Source: Octopus sinensis (taxonomy: Eukaryota). From it: a DNA stretch of 64,000 nt. Location of the stretch: NCBI RefSeq assembly GCF_006345805.1, contig NC_042999.1:128216001-128280000 (forward strand). The letters are read 5' to 3'. The notes beneath the pieces were generated by a model. The model was not told the DNA's origin. It searched no databases and worked only from the letters and a program-made list of their open reading frames with translations. Shown one piece after another: positions 11,906 through 24,193 of this stretch. The translations under genes and the position numbers were made by a program. Position 1 is the first letter of the stretch; the number at the start of each line of letters is the position of its first letter.

Positions 11906-13779
11906 ATATATATATATGTATATATACAACAGTCTTCTTTCAGTTTCCATCTACCAAATCCACTCACAAGGCTTTTGTTAGCCCAAAGCTATAGTAGAAG
12001 ACATTTGCCCCAGGTGCCATGCAGTGGGACTGAATCGGGAACCATGTGGTTGGGAAGCAAGCTTCTTACCACAGCTGTGTCTGCACGTATGCATATTTTT
12101 ATAATTAAATATTATAAGGAGTTGCATTAAAAAAAAAATTGTTGAGGTATTTTGTGTATTATAGAAATATAAACAATTCATTGCAGACAAATTTTAGCAA
12201 CAAAATCTAATATGGATCTCAATTGGGAACCACTGCTATAAATGATAAAGAACATGATGAAAAAATAAAAACAAAACAACCGTTTCTGGCATCAGATTAT
12301 GGCAAAGAGCACTCACTTGCAAAGTAACAGAACCACTTCAAAACATAAATAAAAGCATAAAAAATAAATAAATAAATAAAACCCTAACTAAAACAAATAA
12401 TGCCATCATTATTCACTCCATGCTATAATCTGAAAGCTGTCATGTTAGTTAGAACGAAGAGCCAATCAAATTTTAAGATATAGTTTTTAATGTATTTCTA
12501 TTGGCTGATTGAATGAAATAGCTGCAACATTTCCTCTCAGGCCAATTTACCTTTCTCAGAATAGTTAGTTAAAAGATTTTTGCTAAAAATAACTTCAACT
12601 TCTAATTTGATATTGCTATTTTTCCAATTTCTGTTTTCTTTTTTTTTGTTTATATTTTATTGGTCAGATATTCAGTGATGTTTATATTGTTTTGTCTGTG
12701 AACATCATAATCAATGAGGTTTTTTTTTTTTTAAAGAAAGAAATTTCCATGTTGATGTTAGAAAGATAAGAATTAGGTTAAGTAATGTTTCATGTAAATT
12801 ATACTCTTATTTTCAAATTTGGTTCCTAAAAGGGAATCAAATTTCTGTTTGAAATGGATTTCTATAGATTTCCATCCAATTGAAAGTGTACACAACCAGC
12901 TCTACTTATTAGACAATTTTATTGATTTCTATTTTCGTTTTTTTTTGTGTGTGTGCATCATCTCTCTTTGATTTTATCACTTAACTAAAGACGATGAATA
13001 CGGTCTTGATGATGATGATGATGATTGTAATGGTGATGCTGATGATGGTGGTGAAGCTGTTAATACTAATGATAGTGTAGGTATAAACAACCACACTGCG
13101 TTTTCTGAGACTCCAAAATATGAAATCCTTTACTTAACACTAAAAGAAGGAAAAAAAAAAGGTAATCGTTGGAAGCAGGAAAGGACATCCAGCCATAAAA
13201 TGCTGTTTCAAATAAGTCCTCGTCCAACCTATGCTGTCACAAAAACCGAACATTAACTGAATGAATTACAGTCTGAAATTATAGCCTGAGAACATGATCA
13301 GAAAATGAAGACATTATAAAGAATCTATATCTTTGTAGTCTTTCTCAGAAGTAACAGTCATTGTAAAAGGTGCAATAAGAGCAAAATATGTCCAGAGTTG
13401 TTCCTGTGTACTACTAAATGTCAAACTCACGTTGCATTGCATTCGATATCTTTTAACTTTTACTTGATTCAATCACTGGACTGTGGCCATGCCGTGGCAC
13501 TGTCTTGAAGGGTTTAGTCAAATAAATTTACCCCAGTACTTATACTTTAGGTTTGTTATGTATTCTATGCATCTCTTGTATCAAGTCATTATAATACAGG
13601 GATGTAAATAAAACAATACCAGTTGTCAAGCAATGAAAAGGGTGACAAACAACAAATACACTGACACATATATACATACATACAAACATACATGCATATA
13701 TACATGCATGCATATATACATGCATGCATACATATATACATACATATACACTCCCACACATACATACATACATACATGA

Positions 13780-14460
13780 TAGCTTCCCCCTCATTATCGA
13801 GTATGGCCATTGCACGAAGCTTAACTGTTACTGGTGCTGTGATCGAATGTGACTTTTTAGCCCAGCCAAAGATTTCCAATGTCTTGTACAGAATTGGCAG
13901 CTAAAACCTTTACAGGTAATAGCCTGCTGTAGTTGTAACTGGGCTTCATGTACCTTTGCATGTCATTTAAGTCCCCCTGCTGAATTACACTCTCTTCCAC
14001 ATGCCTGGCAGATATGATTAGTATGGTGTGTAACACCACCACCAGTGGCCAGGTTGTCACTCATCTGTCTCGCTTTATGACTACGAAGATGACTCTGGAA
14101 TCCAGCTTTATTGAGGCAGGGTCTTGCACAGACACTGCATGTGAACATCATAGGAAGACCCTTCCCATCTGACATTTCACATCCAGCAAAATATACTGCT
14201 TTCATTTCTTTCAAGCTTACAAATGTCATCGGTTGTCACAGCCCATGTTTTACTGCCATGCAGCATAGCTGTTTGCACACAGGCATCATACTATGAGGAA
14301 GAGGCCCTTTGTTACCAGCAGAAGTAGGAGCTCTCTGAACTTTGCCTAGCCTATTATTATTCTCACAGCTATGCTCTTGGAGCATCCACCTCCATTACTA
14401 ACTTGGTCACCTAGATAACGGAAGGTATCTTCTACCTCTAGCTTACCCCACTGGCAGTTG
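13780..14460 (-). mobile_element. RTE-clade LINE fragment(s) ending in three C2H2 zinc fingers
   Basis: FRYLGDQVSNGGGC and WAKFRELL..YDACVQTAMLHGSKTWAV motifs, followed by CSVC..HLRSH, CQAC..*HAKVH and CQFC..HIRSQH. Confidence 0.7.
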
Positions 14461-14475
14461 ATGGAGACTATTTTC

Positions 14476-14547
<72 letters not shown>

Positions 14548-14614
14548 TGGGAGTGTAACTCCAAACTTACAGGGAAAAATTCAATTTTGTATTAAATCAA
14601 ATTTCACAGTATAA

Positions 14615-14857
14615 ATATATAAAATATGAATTAGAGATAAAACAACTATTATGCAACTCAAACAGTGATAGACATAAACCAATGCATAAATAACAAATAA
14701 TATATATAATTAATATAATATATAATATATATAAAATTTATATATATATAATATTATATTAATTATATATATCATTTGTTATTTATGCATTGGTCTATGT
14801 CTATCACTGTTTGAGTTGCATAATAGTTGTTTTATCTCTAATTCATATTTTATATAT
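14615..14857. repeat. Near-perfect palindrome (83-bp arms, 1 mismatch, AT-rich centre)
   Basis: 14615-14697 is the reverse complement of 14775-14857. Confidence 0.9.
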
Positions 14858-14871
14858 ATATATATGTATGT

Positions 14872-15090
14872 ATACAAGATGGTATCAAAATGTTCCAAAC
14901 TAGATAGGACACAGTTGTGTGTACAGTGAGAGCTAACAGTGACCTTTGTGAGGCAGTGTGTCGAGTGACATTGCTGTGTTTACTTCACAAGTTGTGAAAT
15001 TTGTGTTTTTGTAATTGTGTGTAAGTTGTAGCCTGTAATTTTGTCATGGACAGAAAGCTGGAACAAAGAGCCAACGTGAAATTTTTGCAG
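14872..15090 (+). mobile_element. mariner 5' end (TIR plus transposase start)
   Basis: TA-flanked TIR-like TACAAGATGGTATCAAAATGTTCC, then MDRKLEQRANVKF. Confidence 0.6.
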
Positions 15091-16089
15091 GTTTACAGAC
15101 TACATACAGGCTCTCTTATAACTAAATAATTTTCTAATCATTGTATCATCACTAGTGGCCAGCTGTTACAAAGGAGATTATTATTTCTTCATAATATTTG
15201 GTGGATTAGAATTTTGCATTTTAAGTTAAGAAATTATAAGGAAATAGATTTATAGAACTGACATTTAATTTTTTCCATTTACTTATTAAAAAGTTTTTAA
15301 AATTTCTAGTCAGTGGTATAGAGCTATTTCATTATTTTTAGAAGTCAGCAGCATTGGATTTGTTAACTGAGCGTTTTATGAAATGAAGAGAAACTTTCTT
15401 TGAGTTTTCATTGACCATCTTGTAGATACTACATTTCGTCTTAATAGAGAAATCTGCTGTCTATAGTCGAATAATATCCTATCACAAATGAAATATAGCT
15501 CTCATCAATACACAGCATGATAAAATAGGAGTCATTGTAAGACCTTTATTTGGTTGTTTGACATATTAGAAATAGTAGTGAAATCTTCCTCTGATCATTC
15601 CTTATCTTCAAAAAGAAAATATATTAGATAATGCAGTCCTTGTTATATGACGGCTGGCATAAAAAAATGTGATGGTTATAGCTGGAATATATTTTTTCAT
15701 GGATCTCTACCATGCCACTCTACCAAGGCTGAATGAGAACTAAAATGTAAGTCAATCTTAGGAATTGTCTTGTTTCATCATGTTTTGATGAATTTTCTTC
15801 AACATAATTAGTAGTTCTTTAATTATAGGTGGCTATAAAAATCAATAAATTCTACTGCATCACACACAAGGTTTGATTTTCAACATTATATTGGAGCATA
15901 TGCTTATGCTTCTGGTGTTTATCTTTTACTGCCTGTTACTATGTATGCTTGTAATATTATTCACGTTTTGAAATCTGCATACTTACTTGTCTTGACATGC
16001 TGTCATATATAGCTTTTGATCTGTTCTTTTAATTTTGCTCAAAGATCATTTAGTATGACAAAAAAAAAAAAAGCAGCTAGATATTTATT

Positions 16090-16300
16090 CTTTTATTCTT
16101 TTACTTGTTTTGGTCATTTGACTGCAGCTATGCTGGAGCATTGCCTTAAAGGGATTTTTAGTTGGAGAAATCACACCCAAGACTTATTCTTTGTAAGCCT
16201 AATACTTATTCTATTTGTCTCTTTTGTTGAACCACTAAATTATGGGGACATAAACACACCAACATCAATTGTCAAGCGATGGCAGGGGAACAAACACACA
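16090..16300 (-). mobile_element. 3' half of a family B SINE whose 5' half lies at 19261-19410
   Basis: The two halves are co-oriented and complementary, separated by about 3 kb inserted at the SINE's internal microsatellite. Confidence 0.65.
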
Positions 16301-16336
16301 CACACACACACATGCACACGCACACACATCCACACA

Positions 16337-16384
<48 letters not shown>

Positions 16385-16480
16385 TTCTGTATGTGTAAAG
16401 TAACATTGGTTTCATATCTAGCATGAACTAAACATATCTTCAGTTTCTCTATATACATGTGTATATAATATATATATATA

Positions 16481-16717
16481 TCATCATCATCATTTAACGT
16501 CCGTTTTCCGCGCTAGCACGGGTTGGACGGTTTCGACCGGGGTCTGGGGAGCTCGGGAATGCCCCAGGCTCCAGTTAGTCTGGCAGTGTTTCTAACAGCT
16601 GGATGCCCTTCCTAACGCCAACCACTCCGCGAGTGTAGTGGGTGTTTTTTACGTGCCACATGCAAAGGTGCCAGAGGGGTCTGGCATCGGCCACGTTCGG
16701 ATGGTGCTTTTTATGTG
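16481..16717 (-). mobile_element. Young RTE 3' tail (CpGs retained)
   Basis: Same family as 11259-11905; (TGA)n tail abuts (TA)n at 16480; homology stops at 16717. Confidence 0.8.
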
Positions 16718-16955
16718 GGGAGGGGAGAATATAGGGGAGCACCAGCGGGGAGGGGTGGTTCAGAAAATGATGACAGGTTCTAGGCAAGTAGAACGTAGGA
16801 CAAGAGAGGGTAATGCATGGTCAAATAGCGTATTGAAGAGGGGGGTTCGAAGAGTAGACACCTATAATGGTGGTGGGAGAAGCGACTCCGTATAGATGGA
16901 GCAAAAATATAGAGATATCCGGTATGGTGGTGGGGGTGGGCAAGGGCGGGTGCAC

Positions 16956-17127
16956 CGGGAATATGACGGGCTGGCTTAAAAATGCTCTTAGCAAAGGAAG
17001 AGGGGGGATGGCAGACAACGTAAAAGAGGGAGAGAGAGAAGGGAAATAGTGGAACCCGCGAAAATGGGCCGCCATTGAAAAAACCCCTGTATGGAGAAAT
17101 AATATGCAATACAAGGCGAAGCTGAAA

Positions 17128-17172
<45 letters not shown>

Positions 17173-18933
17173 TAAGCAAATTTTCGACCGAGGATCAAAG
17201 GACAATACTAATACTACTAATAATAGTAATAATAATAAATAATAAAAGCTCAACCACAACATTAGATTAGAAAGACTCTCTTATCTTGGGAACATTTCGT
17301 TCTTCGGCCTGACACGGGAATATGACGGGGCGCTTAAAAATGCTCTTAGCAAAGGAAGAGGGGGGATGGCAGACAACGTAAAAGAGGGAGAGAGAGAAGG
17401 AAATAGTGGAACCCCGCGAAAATGGGCCGCCATTGAAAAAACCCCTGTATGGAGAAATAATATGCAATACAAGGCGAAGCTGAAAATAGTAATAATAATA
17501 ATATAATAATAATAATAATAATAATAATATAATAATAATAAGCAAATTTTCGACCGAGGATCAAAGGGACAATACTAATACTACTAATATAGTAATAATA
17601 TAAATAATAAACAGCTCAACCACAACATTAGATTAGAAAGACTCTCTTATCTTGGGAACATTTCGTTCTTCGGCCTGAAACGGGATATGACGGGCTGGCT
17701 AAATGCTCTTAGCAAAGGAAGAGGGGGGATGGCAGACAACGTAAAAAGAGGGAGAGAGAAGGGAAATAGTGGAACCCCGCGAAAATGGGCCGCCATTGAA
17801 AAAACCCCTGTATGGAGAAATAATATGCAATACAAGAAGCGAAGCTGAAAATAGAATAATAATAATAATAATAATAATAATATAATAATAATAATAATAA
17901 TAAGCAAATTTTCGACCGAGGATCAAAGGGACAATACTAATACTACTAATAATAGTAATAATAATAAATAATAACAGCTCAACCACAACATTAGATTAGA
18001 AAGACTCTCTTATCTTGGGAACATTTCGTTCTTCGGCCTGACACGGAATATGACGGGCTGGCTTAAATGCTCTTAGCAAAGGAAGAGAGGGGGATGGCAG
18101 ACAACGTAAAAGAGGGAGAGAGAGAAGGGAAATAGTGGAACCCCGCGAAAATGGGCCGCCATTGAAAAAACCCCTGTATGGAGAAATAATATGCAATACA
18201 AGGCGAAGCTGAAAATAGTAATAATAATAATAATAATAATAATATAATAATAATAAAATAAGCAAATTTTCGACCGAGGATCAAGGGACAATACTAATAC
18301 TACTAATAATAGTAATAATAATAAAAATAAACAGCTCAACCACAACATTAGATTAGAAAGACTCTCTTATCTTGGGAACATTTGTTCTTCGGCCTGACAC
18401 GGGAATATGACGGGCTGGCTTAAAATGCTCTTAGCAAAGGAAGAGGGGGGATGGCAGACAACGTAAAAGAGGGAGAGAGAGAAGGGAAATAGTGGAACCC
18501 CGCGAAAATGGGCCGCCATTGAAAAAACCCCTGTATGGAGAAATAATATGCAACAAGGCGAAGCTGAAAATAGTAATAATAATAATAATAATAATAATAT
18601 AATAATAATAATAATAAGCAAATTTCGACGAGGATCAAAGGGACAATACTAATACTACTAATAATAGTAATAATAATAAATAATAAACAGCTCAACCACA
18701 ACATTAGATTAGAAAGACTCTCTTATCTTGGGAACATTTCGTTCTTCGGCCTGACACGGGAATATGACGGGCTGGCTTAAATGCTCTTAGCAAGGAAGAG
18801 GGGGGATGGCAGACAACGTAAAAGAGGGAGAGAGAGAAGGGAATAGTGGAACCCCGCGAAAATGGGCCGCCATTGAAAAAACCCCTGTATGGAGAAATAA
18901 TATGCAATACAAGGCGAAGCTGAAAATAGTAAG

Positions 18934-18981
<48 letters not shown>

Positions 18982-19249
18982 GCAAATTTTCGACCGAGGA
19001 TCAAAGGGACAATACTAATACTACTAATAATAGTAATAATAATAAATAATAACAGCTCAACCACAACATTAGATTAGAAAGACCTCTTATCTTGGGAACA
19101 TTTCGTTCTTCGGCCGACACGGGAATATGACGGGCTGGCTTAAATGCTCTTAGCAAAGGAAGAGGGGGGATGGCAGACAACGTAAAAGAGGGAGAGAGAG
19201 AAGGGAAATAGTGGAACCCCGCGAAAATGGGCCGCCATTGAAAAAACCC
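16956..19249. repeat. Tandem array of a ~360-bp CpG-rich unit, 6 full copies plus a ~130-bp partial
   Basis: Unit starts at 16957, 17316, 17682, 18045, 18401, 18758 and 19121. Each full unit has an internal (AAT)n. Copies differ mostly by 1-nt indels. Confidence 0.97.
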
Positions 19250-19308
19250 ATATATATATACGACAGGCTTCTTTCAGTTTCCATCTATCAAATCCACTCA
19301 CAAGGCTT

Positions 19309-20230
19309 TGGTCAACCCAAGGCTATAGCAGAGGATGCTTGCTTAAGGTGCCACATAGTAGAATTGGACTCAGAACAATGTGGTTGATAAGTAAGCTTCT
19401 TACCACACAGCTAACGATAGATTTTTTTCTATCTCTTCAATTTCTTTTTGCCTGTGCTATCTTTTGTATTAATATTGGTTTTGTTGCTTGTGGTTCTAAT
19501 TGTTTCAATTGTTCTTATGAGTATTTAGTCTCAAGTTAATTCCTACTCAAACAGCATTATAATTAAAGATTTTCCAATCACAACTATTCTGTCTTGCTCT
19601 TAATCATTGCATACCTATGACTACATTATTCAATGTGGTCACAGGTGTGACCATGTGGTTAAGTTTCCTTTTTAGTCACATAGTTTTCGGTTCAGTTCCA
19701 CTGCATGGCACTCTAAGTGAGTGTCTTCTGTTACAGCCACAGACCACCCAAAGCCTTGTGAGCTGATTTAGTTGATGGGAACCGAAAGAATCCCAACATA
19801 CATACATGTATGTATACATATATGTGTGCATGTGTGTGTGTGTGTGTGTGTGTGCGTGTGTGTGCATGTGTGTGTGTGTGTGCATATATACATGTAATAT
19901 GTATGTACACACACACACACACATGCACACATATGCAAAGATTAAGACCAAGACAGAATAGTTGTGATTGGAAAATCTTTAATTATAATGCTGTTTGAGT
20001 AGGAATTAACTTGAGACCTATAAGAACAATTAAAACAATTAGAACCACAAGCAACAAAACCAATATTAATACAAAAGATAGCACAGGCAAAAAGAAATTG
20101 AAGAGATAAGAAAAAAATCTATCGTTAGCTGTGTGGTAAGAAGCTTGCTTCTCAACCACATTGTTCTGAGTTCAATTCTACTATGTGGCACCTTAGGCAA
20201 GCATCCTCTGCTATAGCCTCGGGTTGACCA
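19309..20230. repeat. Local inverted duplication (~300-bp arms)
   Basis: 19309-19613 is the reverse complement of 19932-20230. The arms include non-SINE sequence, and differ by a few substitutions and one ~7-bp indel. Confidence 0.9.
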
Positions 20231-20524
20231 CATGTATGTATGTATATACGTATGTATGTATATATGTATTGCATCTGTGAGCTTGTGTGTGTGGTTGTGT
20301 TTCCTATGAATGCCATTCATTTCCAGTATAGGTGCAGGCAGGGCTGTGTAGAAAGAAGTTTGCCTCCCAACAACGTAGTTTCAAGTTCAGTCCAGCTGCA
20401 TGGCACCTTGGAAAGTGTCATCTATTATAGTCTTAGGCCAACCAAAGCCTTGTGAGTGGATTTGGTGGATGGAAACTGAAAGAAGCCTATCATATATATA
20501 TATATATATAGATAGATAGATAGT

Positions 20525-20592
<68 letters not shown>

Positions 20593-21877
20593 TAAATAGA
20601 TATATAGATAGATTAATAAGTAGATAGATAGATAAGTAGACAGACATATAGATAGATCTTTATGTGCATGTTTTTGTATATATGTTTGTTTCCCAGCACT
20701 GCTTAACAACTGATGTTGGTGTATTTACATCCCCAAAGCTTAGCAATTGAAGCAAAAGAGACCAATAGAATAAGTACCAAGGTTTACAAAAAAGGAATTA
20801 GTACTGGGGTTGATTTGTTCAACTTAAAATTATTTGAGGGTGACTCTCCAGCATGACCAGAGTCCAGTGACTGGAACAAGTGAAATATATTCTGCAAGAA
20901 TATGCCAGGTCATAAGAAAATACATCCTTCTTTTGAAACAGGTGAGAGTTGGCTACAGGAAGGGCCTCCAACGATAGACAATGTTTCAATAAAATCTGTT
21001 TGACCTAATGCAAAGCATGTAAAGTGGACATTAAAACACTGATGATGATGATGATGATGATGAGTCCTAGATTACACCCTTGAATTACACCCCTGTAAAG
21101 TGTAAACTGTAAGTAGATGCAAATGGCAAAAGTGATAATGATGAAACGACTAAATATGAAAAAAATGTAATGTGACATTTGAAAGATGATGAGTAGAGTC
21201 AAAAATGCAATAAACCAACAGAGAGCAATGTATGTGCACGTATGTGTATGTGCATGCACACACATGCACACAAATGTTAAATAACTTTATTATTTTGATG
21301 CTAGTTAAAGAATAACAACTTAACATTTACTGACATGGTAAGTTGAAACAGAGTAGCTTCAAATTTTTTATTATCAAATTCAAGTTGAATAGGAGTTCAA
21401 GTTTCACCTGTCACCTTACCCAATGCTGTAAGTATATGTATGCATGTGTGTGCATGTGTATCATCATCATTACCATCATCATCGTTTAACATTCGTTTTC
21501 CATTCTGGCATGGGTTGGATGGTTCAACAGGAGCTGTTCAACCAGGGAGCTATCCAGACTCCAACTGTCTGTTGTGGCATGGTTTCTATAGCTGGATGCC
21601 CTTCCTAATGCCAACCACTTTACAGAGTGCTGGATAACTTTTTCTACATACTTTGGTCTTGCCTTTTCTCGTTCCATTTTTAGTTTGTTATACTATGTAG
21701 GCTGTAATTGATGATTGTGCCAAGATGTCAGATCTGTCAAAAAACATTGTTTGGCATGATCTCAGTACATGAAACTAATAGTAACACATACAAACATATA
21801 TTGTGTTTATTAAATAACATTTATCTCTCACATGATGGAGTACTTTTTTTGTTGATCTTACCATCTGGGAACAGTAG

Positions 21878-21915
<38 letters not shown>

Positions 21916-22099
21916 TACAACGGGCTTCTGTCAGTTTCCGCCTACCAAATCCATTTACAAGGCTTTGGGCAGCCTGAAGCTATAGTAGAAGACACTTGCT
22001 CAAGGTGCCACACTGGGACTGAACTCAGAACCATGTGGTTGGTAAGCAAGCTACTTACCACACAGCCACTCCTGCACTTGTGTATAATATTATATTGTA

Positions 22100-23520
22100 A
22101 TATAGTAGAAATGTTGTTATAAAGTACACTACTAGTATTTTCTTTTTTTTTTTGTTTTCATGCTTCACAAGACTATTGGTAGGATTGTGCCAGAATGAAA
22201 GTGCTACTGTAAATCTTTTCTTTTCATGCCCTGTTGTTTTCACTAACACTGTTTTTGTGCCTTTGTATTTACAATTCTATTATCGACCATAAGGAGGTTT
22301 ATAGGTATTTCGTCCATATTTCCAACATTGCTCAATAGATAATGATGTTTCTTACACTGTTGTATTATGTAGCGATGGAAATTAGTAATTTTAGTGTCAA
22401 GACCTGCTGGTAATTTCTGTGATATTTTAGTTTTCTATCTCAGTACAAAATCATATCTTTTCATGAAGTGACTACATCACAAAGCAGTTGCTTTGAAGTC
22501 TTTACTGTGCTCTTAATAAGTCTTCCTTTAATCTTCAAACTCTTACCATCTTCTTGGTTACACCGTATCCTCTTGCAGCAGCACAGTTGTTTGGGATTTG
22601 GCAGGTGCTACCACTTTCAGCTTAAAACCAGCTTCATATTTCTTTGATTTATCACTTGGAGCCATGAAGAGGTTTAACAATTGCTGGAAATTAATGTTCA
22701 CCCAGTGAAAGTATTGTTGCTTACAAAAGAGTTACAACTTGAGCCTTTTCAAGTATCCCTATCTGTAAATGTTTAAAAGTAATTGGTAGCTGTAAGGTTT
22801 ATTGTGATTGGTCTGACTGACACAAACTGGCCAGTCACAGAATGTAATGGTACATGCTGCTTATCTGCCATAACAGGCAGGTTAGTTACCATAAACTACA
22901 CTTGTCCTGAAAGCCATTGGCTGGCTGAACGCTGTATGAGAGAGCACTCTAATGAGACAGTGTAGACAGAATGGACCCTGAGACCTGCCTGAACGGGCTG
23001 ATTGTTTACATTTTCTATTTCTTTACTACCCACAAGGGGCTAAACACAGAGGGGACAAATAAGGACAGACAAGCGGACTAAGTCGATTATATCGACTCCA
23101 GTGCGTAACTGGTACTTATTTAATCGACCCCGAAAGGATGAAAGGTAAAGTCAACCTCGGTGGAATTTGAACTCGGAATGTAACGGCAGTAACGTTCCTG
23201 CCAGCTTGCCGCCTTCTGATTGTTTACATTTTCTGTTTGTCAGTTGTTGCAAATGGTGATTTGTGTCTGTCCGCTAAGTTTGCTGTGCTGTTATTTTAAT
23301 ATAATCTTACTATTAATCTAGCTTCCCAAACATATAAGTATCAATAGAAAATAGTGTGCTGTAGAACCATAGGATCTATGCGAGTGCTTTACACTGTTCT
23401 CTATTAACATTGGTGCTCCTCTAAACCACAGGAAGTCAAGATACAGATAGTTTTGGGGTGATTTTTTTTAAAGTTCAAATTCTGTCTGGTACATTGGTAT
23501 ATATGGTATATATTTATATA
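22100..23520 (-). mobile_element. pogo/Tigger-like DNA transposon remnant
   Basis: MAPSDKSKKYEAGFKLKVV...NNCAAARGYGVTKKMVR (Brinker-type HTH) at about 22480-22670; decayed TACCGTATATACC-type end near 23520. A related end lies at 57735-57840(+). Confidence 0.6.
23017..23215 (-). mobile_element. SINE family A inside the pogo remnant
   Basis: 19-bp TSD CTGATTGTTTACATTTTCT (22998-23016, 23216-23234). Confidence 0.9.
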
Positions 23521-24150
23521 TATGACAACCTTCCACACATATTAATTTTGAATCGTTGTCTGAGTAGTTACACTTAGGAGATTCTATACGTTTCTCTATG
23601 TATACTAGCAGAAAGAACGCCCTCCAGGTGGTTTTCTGCTAGTCAAACCTGGAGTGTGTATGTGTTTATATTACAGAGACAGTGTGTGTGTTTATATAAG
23701 AGAAACAGTGTTTGTGTGTGTATGTGTGTGTGTATGTGTGTGTGTGTGTGTGTGAGGGGGAGAGATCATTGCAAACAATGAAGGAAATAAACATGAAATG
23801 AAAAAATCACATAAATATAAACTAGTTGAAAACTATTTGCATTCTTTTGGTTGAACTCTGAGAAATGCCAAAATGAACACTGGTTTTGTTCATTAATTTC
23901 CATAAAACTTTTTTATTTATTTAGTTTTGTTTTAAAGTGAAAGAGAGGAGAAAGGGTAAGATGTATATACGTGTATGTGAAATGGATATATATGTGTTTG
24001 TGTGTATATGTGTGTTTGAGAGAAAGTGAGCGCTCTTTAGACATTACTTTCTCTCTCTGTCTCACACACATACATATATGCACACACATACATACAAAAA
24101 GGATGTATGCATATGTATTCATGTATGTACATATACATGACAACACACCT

Positions 24151-24193
<43 letters not shown>

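Noticed and set aside
16818-16851. Pol III A/B boxes in the leader (TGGTCAAATAG...GGTTCGAA)
   Set aside because: Spacing of about 26 nt is too short for a tRNA-type promoter and no cloverleaf forms.
16780-19064. Repeated 60-160-aa ORFs across the tandem array
   Set aside because: Poly-Y/I/L runs from (AAT)n; frames change between copies with 1-nt indels; not credible proteins.
16956-19249. Array as CRISPR, 5S rDNA, tRNA, SL RNA or HDV-like ribozyme cluster
   Set aside because: No unique spacers; no 5S or tRNA consensus. CCGAAGA-AC-GAAA on the minus strand has no room for stem II, and the HDV-like P3/L3 candidate (CCC-ATTTTCGC-GGG) lacks a P1 partner.
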